IMG/VR virus record: IMGVR_UViG_3300028588_000082
Span: 1 to 24,411 of that record
Reading direction: 5' to 3' (one strand)
Origin: a virus
Lineage: Duplodnaviria; Caudoviricetes
Length of the DNA stretch: 24,411 bases
Part shown: positions 23,861-24,411 of the stretch, in pieces
Position numbering within the stretch: position 1 is the stretch's first letter
Layout: every line of letters begins with the position of its first letter
Notes under the pieces: model-generated
The model's input: only the letters and a program-made list of their open reading frames with translations
The model's database searches: none
What the model was told of the DNA's origin: nothing
Position numbers and translations under genes: made by a program

Positions 23861-24190
23861 CTAACTAAGCGCTGGGCCTCTCGGTAGCAGGTAGTCCACG
23901 TTCGCGACGATGCGGTCGATCGTGGCCGCCAGCGCATCCATGTGCAGCGCCATGTTGTCGTCGCGGGTGGTGTTCGCGATGATGCTCTGCACCTTCAGGC
24001 GAATAGGCTCGAACTCGGCCATCTCAACTAGTTCGCGCGCCGCTGCCGTATAGCTGTCGCGCAGGGCCTGGCGGGCGGCATCCTCACGCGCTTTTCGGGC
24101 GGCAAGCGCTTGCTCCATCGCCGCATAGTCGTCGGAAGAAAACTCCTGATTGGGATCGGCAATGATCGGGGTTGAAGCGGCGTCAGCCAT
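23861..24190 (-). CDS. Hypothetical 109-aa phage protein after the tail genes
   Basis: AAGGAG SD; helical; same strand as the late operon. Confidence 0.65.
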   Translation of the reverse strand: MADAASTPIIADPNQEFSSDDYAAMEQALAARKAREDAARQALRDSYTAAARELVEMAEFEPIRLKVQSIIANTTRDDNMALHMDALAATIDRIVANVDYLLPRGPALS

Positions 24191-24271
24191 AGTCAGTCTC
24201 CTTGGTGGTGAAGGATGGACGCGCTCGGTCGCCCGCCCCGGTGGGTCGCGCGCAGCAGCGTCGGGTGAGTT

Positions 24272-24409
24272 TCAGAAGTTGGTCACGTCGATGATTACGG
24301 AGCGGTACTTCGACTGGACCGAAGCGGCCCCGCTCGGCGGGGTAGGACTGGTGCTGCACTGGAAAGGGGTCGAACTGCCAAGAAACGTTGCACCGTGCGC
24401 CGAAACCGT
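24272..24409 (-). CDS. 3' end of a probable tail-associated protein (partial)
   Basis: Open frame ...TVSAHGATFLGSS...KYRSVIIDVTNF*. Confidence 0.5.
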   Translation of the reverse strand, partial: TVSAHGATFLGSSTPFQCSTSPTPPSGAASVQSKYRSVIIDVTNF

Positions 24410-24411
24410 GG

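Larger units (their letters stand above)
19755..24411 (-). mobile_element. Prophage 2 late end (tail end, lysis, SRAP), inverted relative to prophage 1; may extend left to the tRNA fragment
   Basis: Gene-for-gene homology with 10817-13746 in the opposite orientation; runs off the right edge. Confidence 0.85.

Noticed and set aside
1-24411. CRISPR array, IS/transposase, integrase, DGR or invertase system
   Set aside because: No regularly spaced repeats, and no recombinase, transposase or reverse transcriptase motifs seen; the repeats are explained by prophage homology.

Overview
High-GC alphaproteobacterial DNA, Sphingomonas-like by inference from gene content. It holds the late-gene ends of two related siphovirus-type prophages facing each other. 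Left element (1 to ~13950, mainly + strand): tail module with a tail-tube gene, a tape-measure gene collapsed by deletions, frameshifted distal-tail/hub genes, a tail tip and an SGNH-esterase tail spike. These are followed by an antisense moron (polysaccharide pyruvyl transferase + FkbM methyltransferase + small ORF), a lysis cassette with broken spanins and a truncated SRAP gene. Right element (~19750-24411, mainly - strand): intact SRAP, a LexA-boxed Zn-ribbon gene and an intact homologous lysis cassette whose holin carries an 81-aa tail-protein-like extension. Between them is an accessory island: a HEPN-like ORF, a promoter-bearing 5'-half tRNA-Val(TAC) (probable att scar), a KilA-N/BstA-like defence gene with a small basic partner, tandem GAAC-N7-GAAC boxes, a Crp/Fnr regulator and small ORFs. 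Comparing the two prophage copies reveals several conserved sub-60-aa genes and non-coding elements absent from the ORF track. All family assignments come from motif recognition, not database searches.
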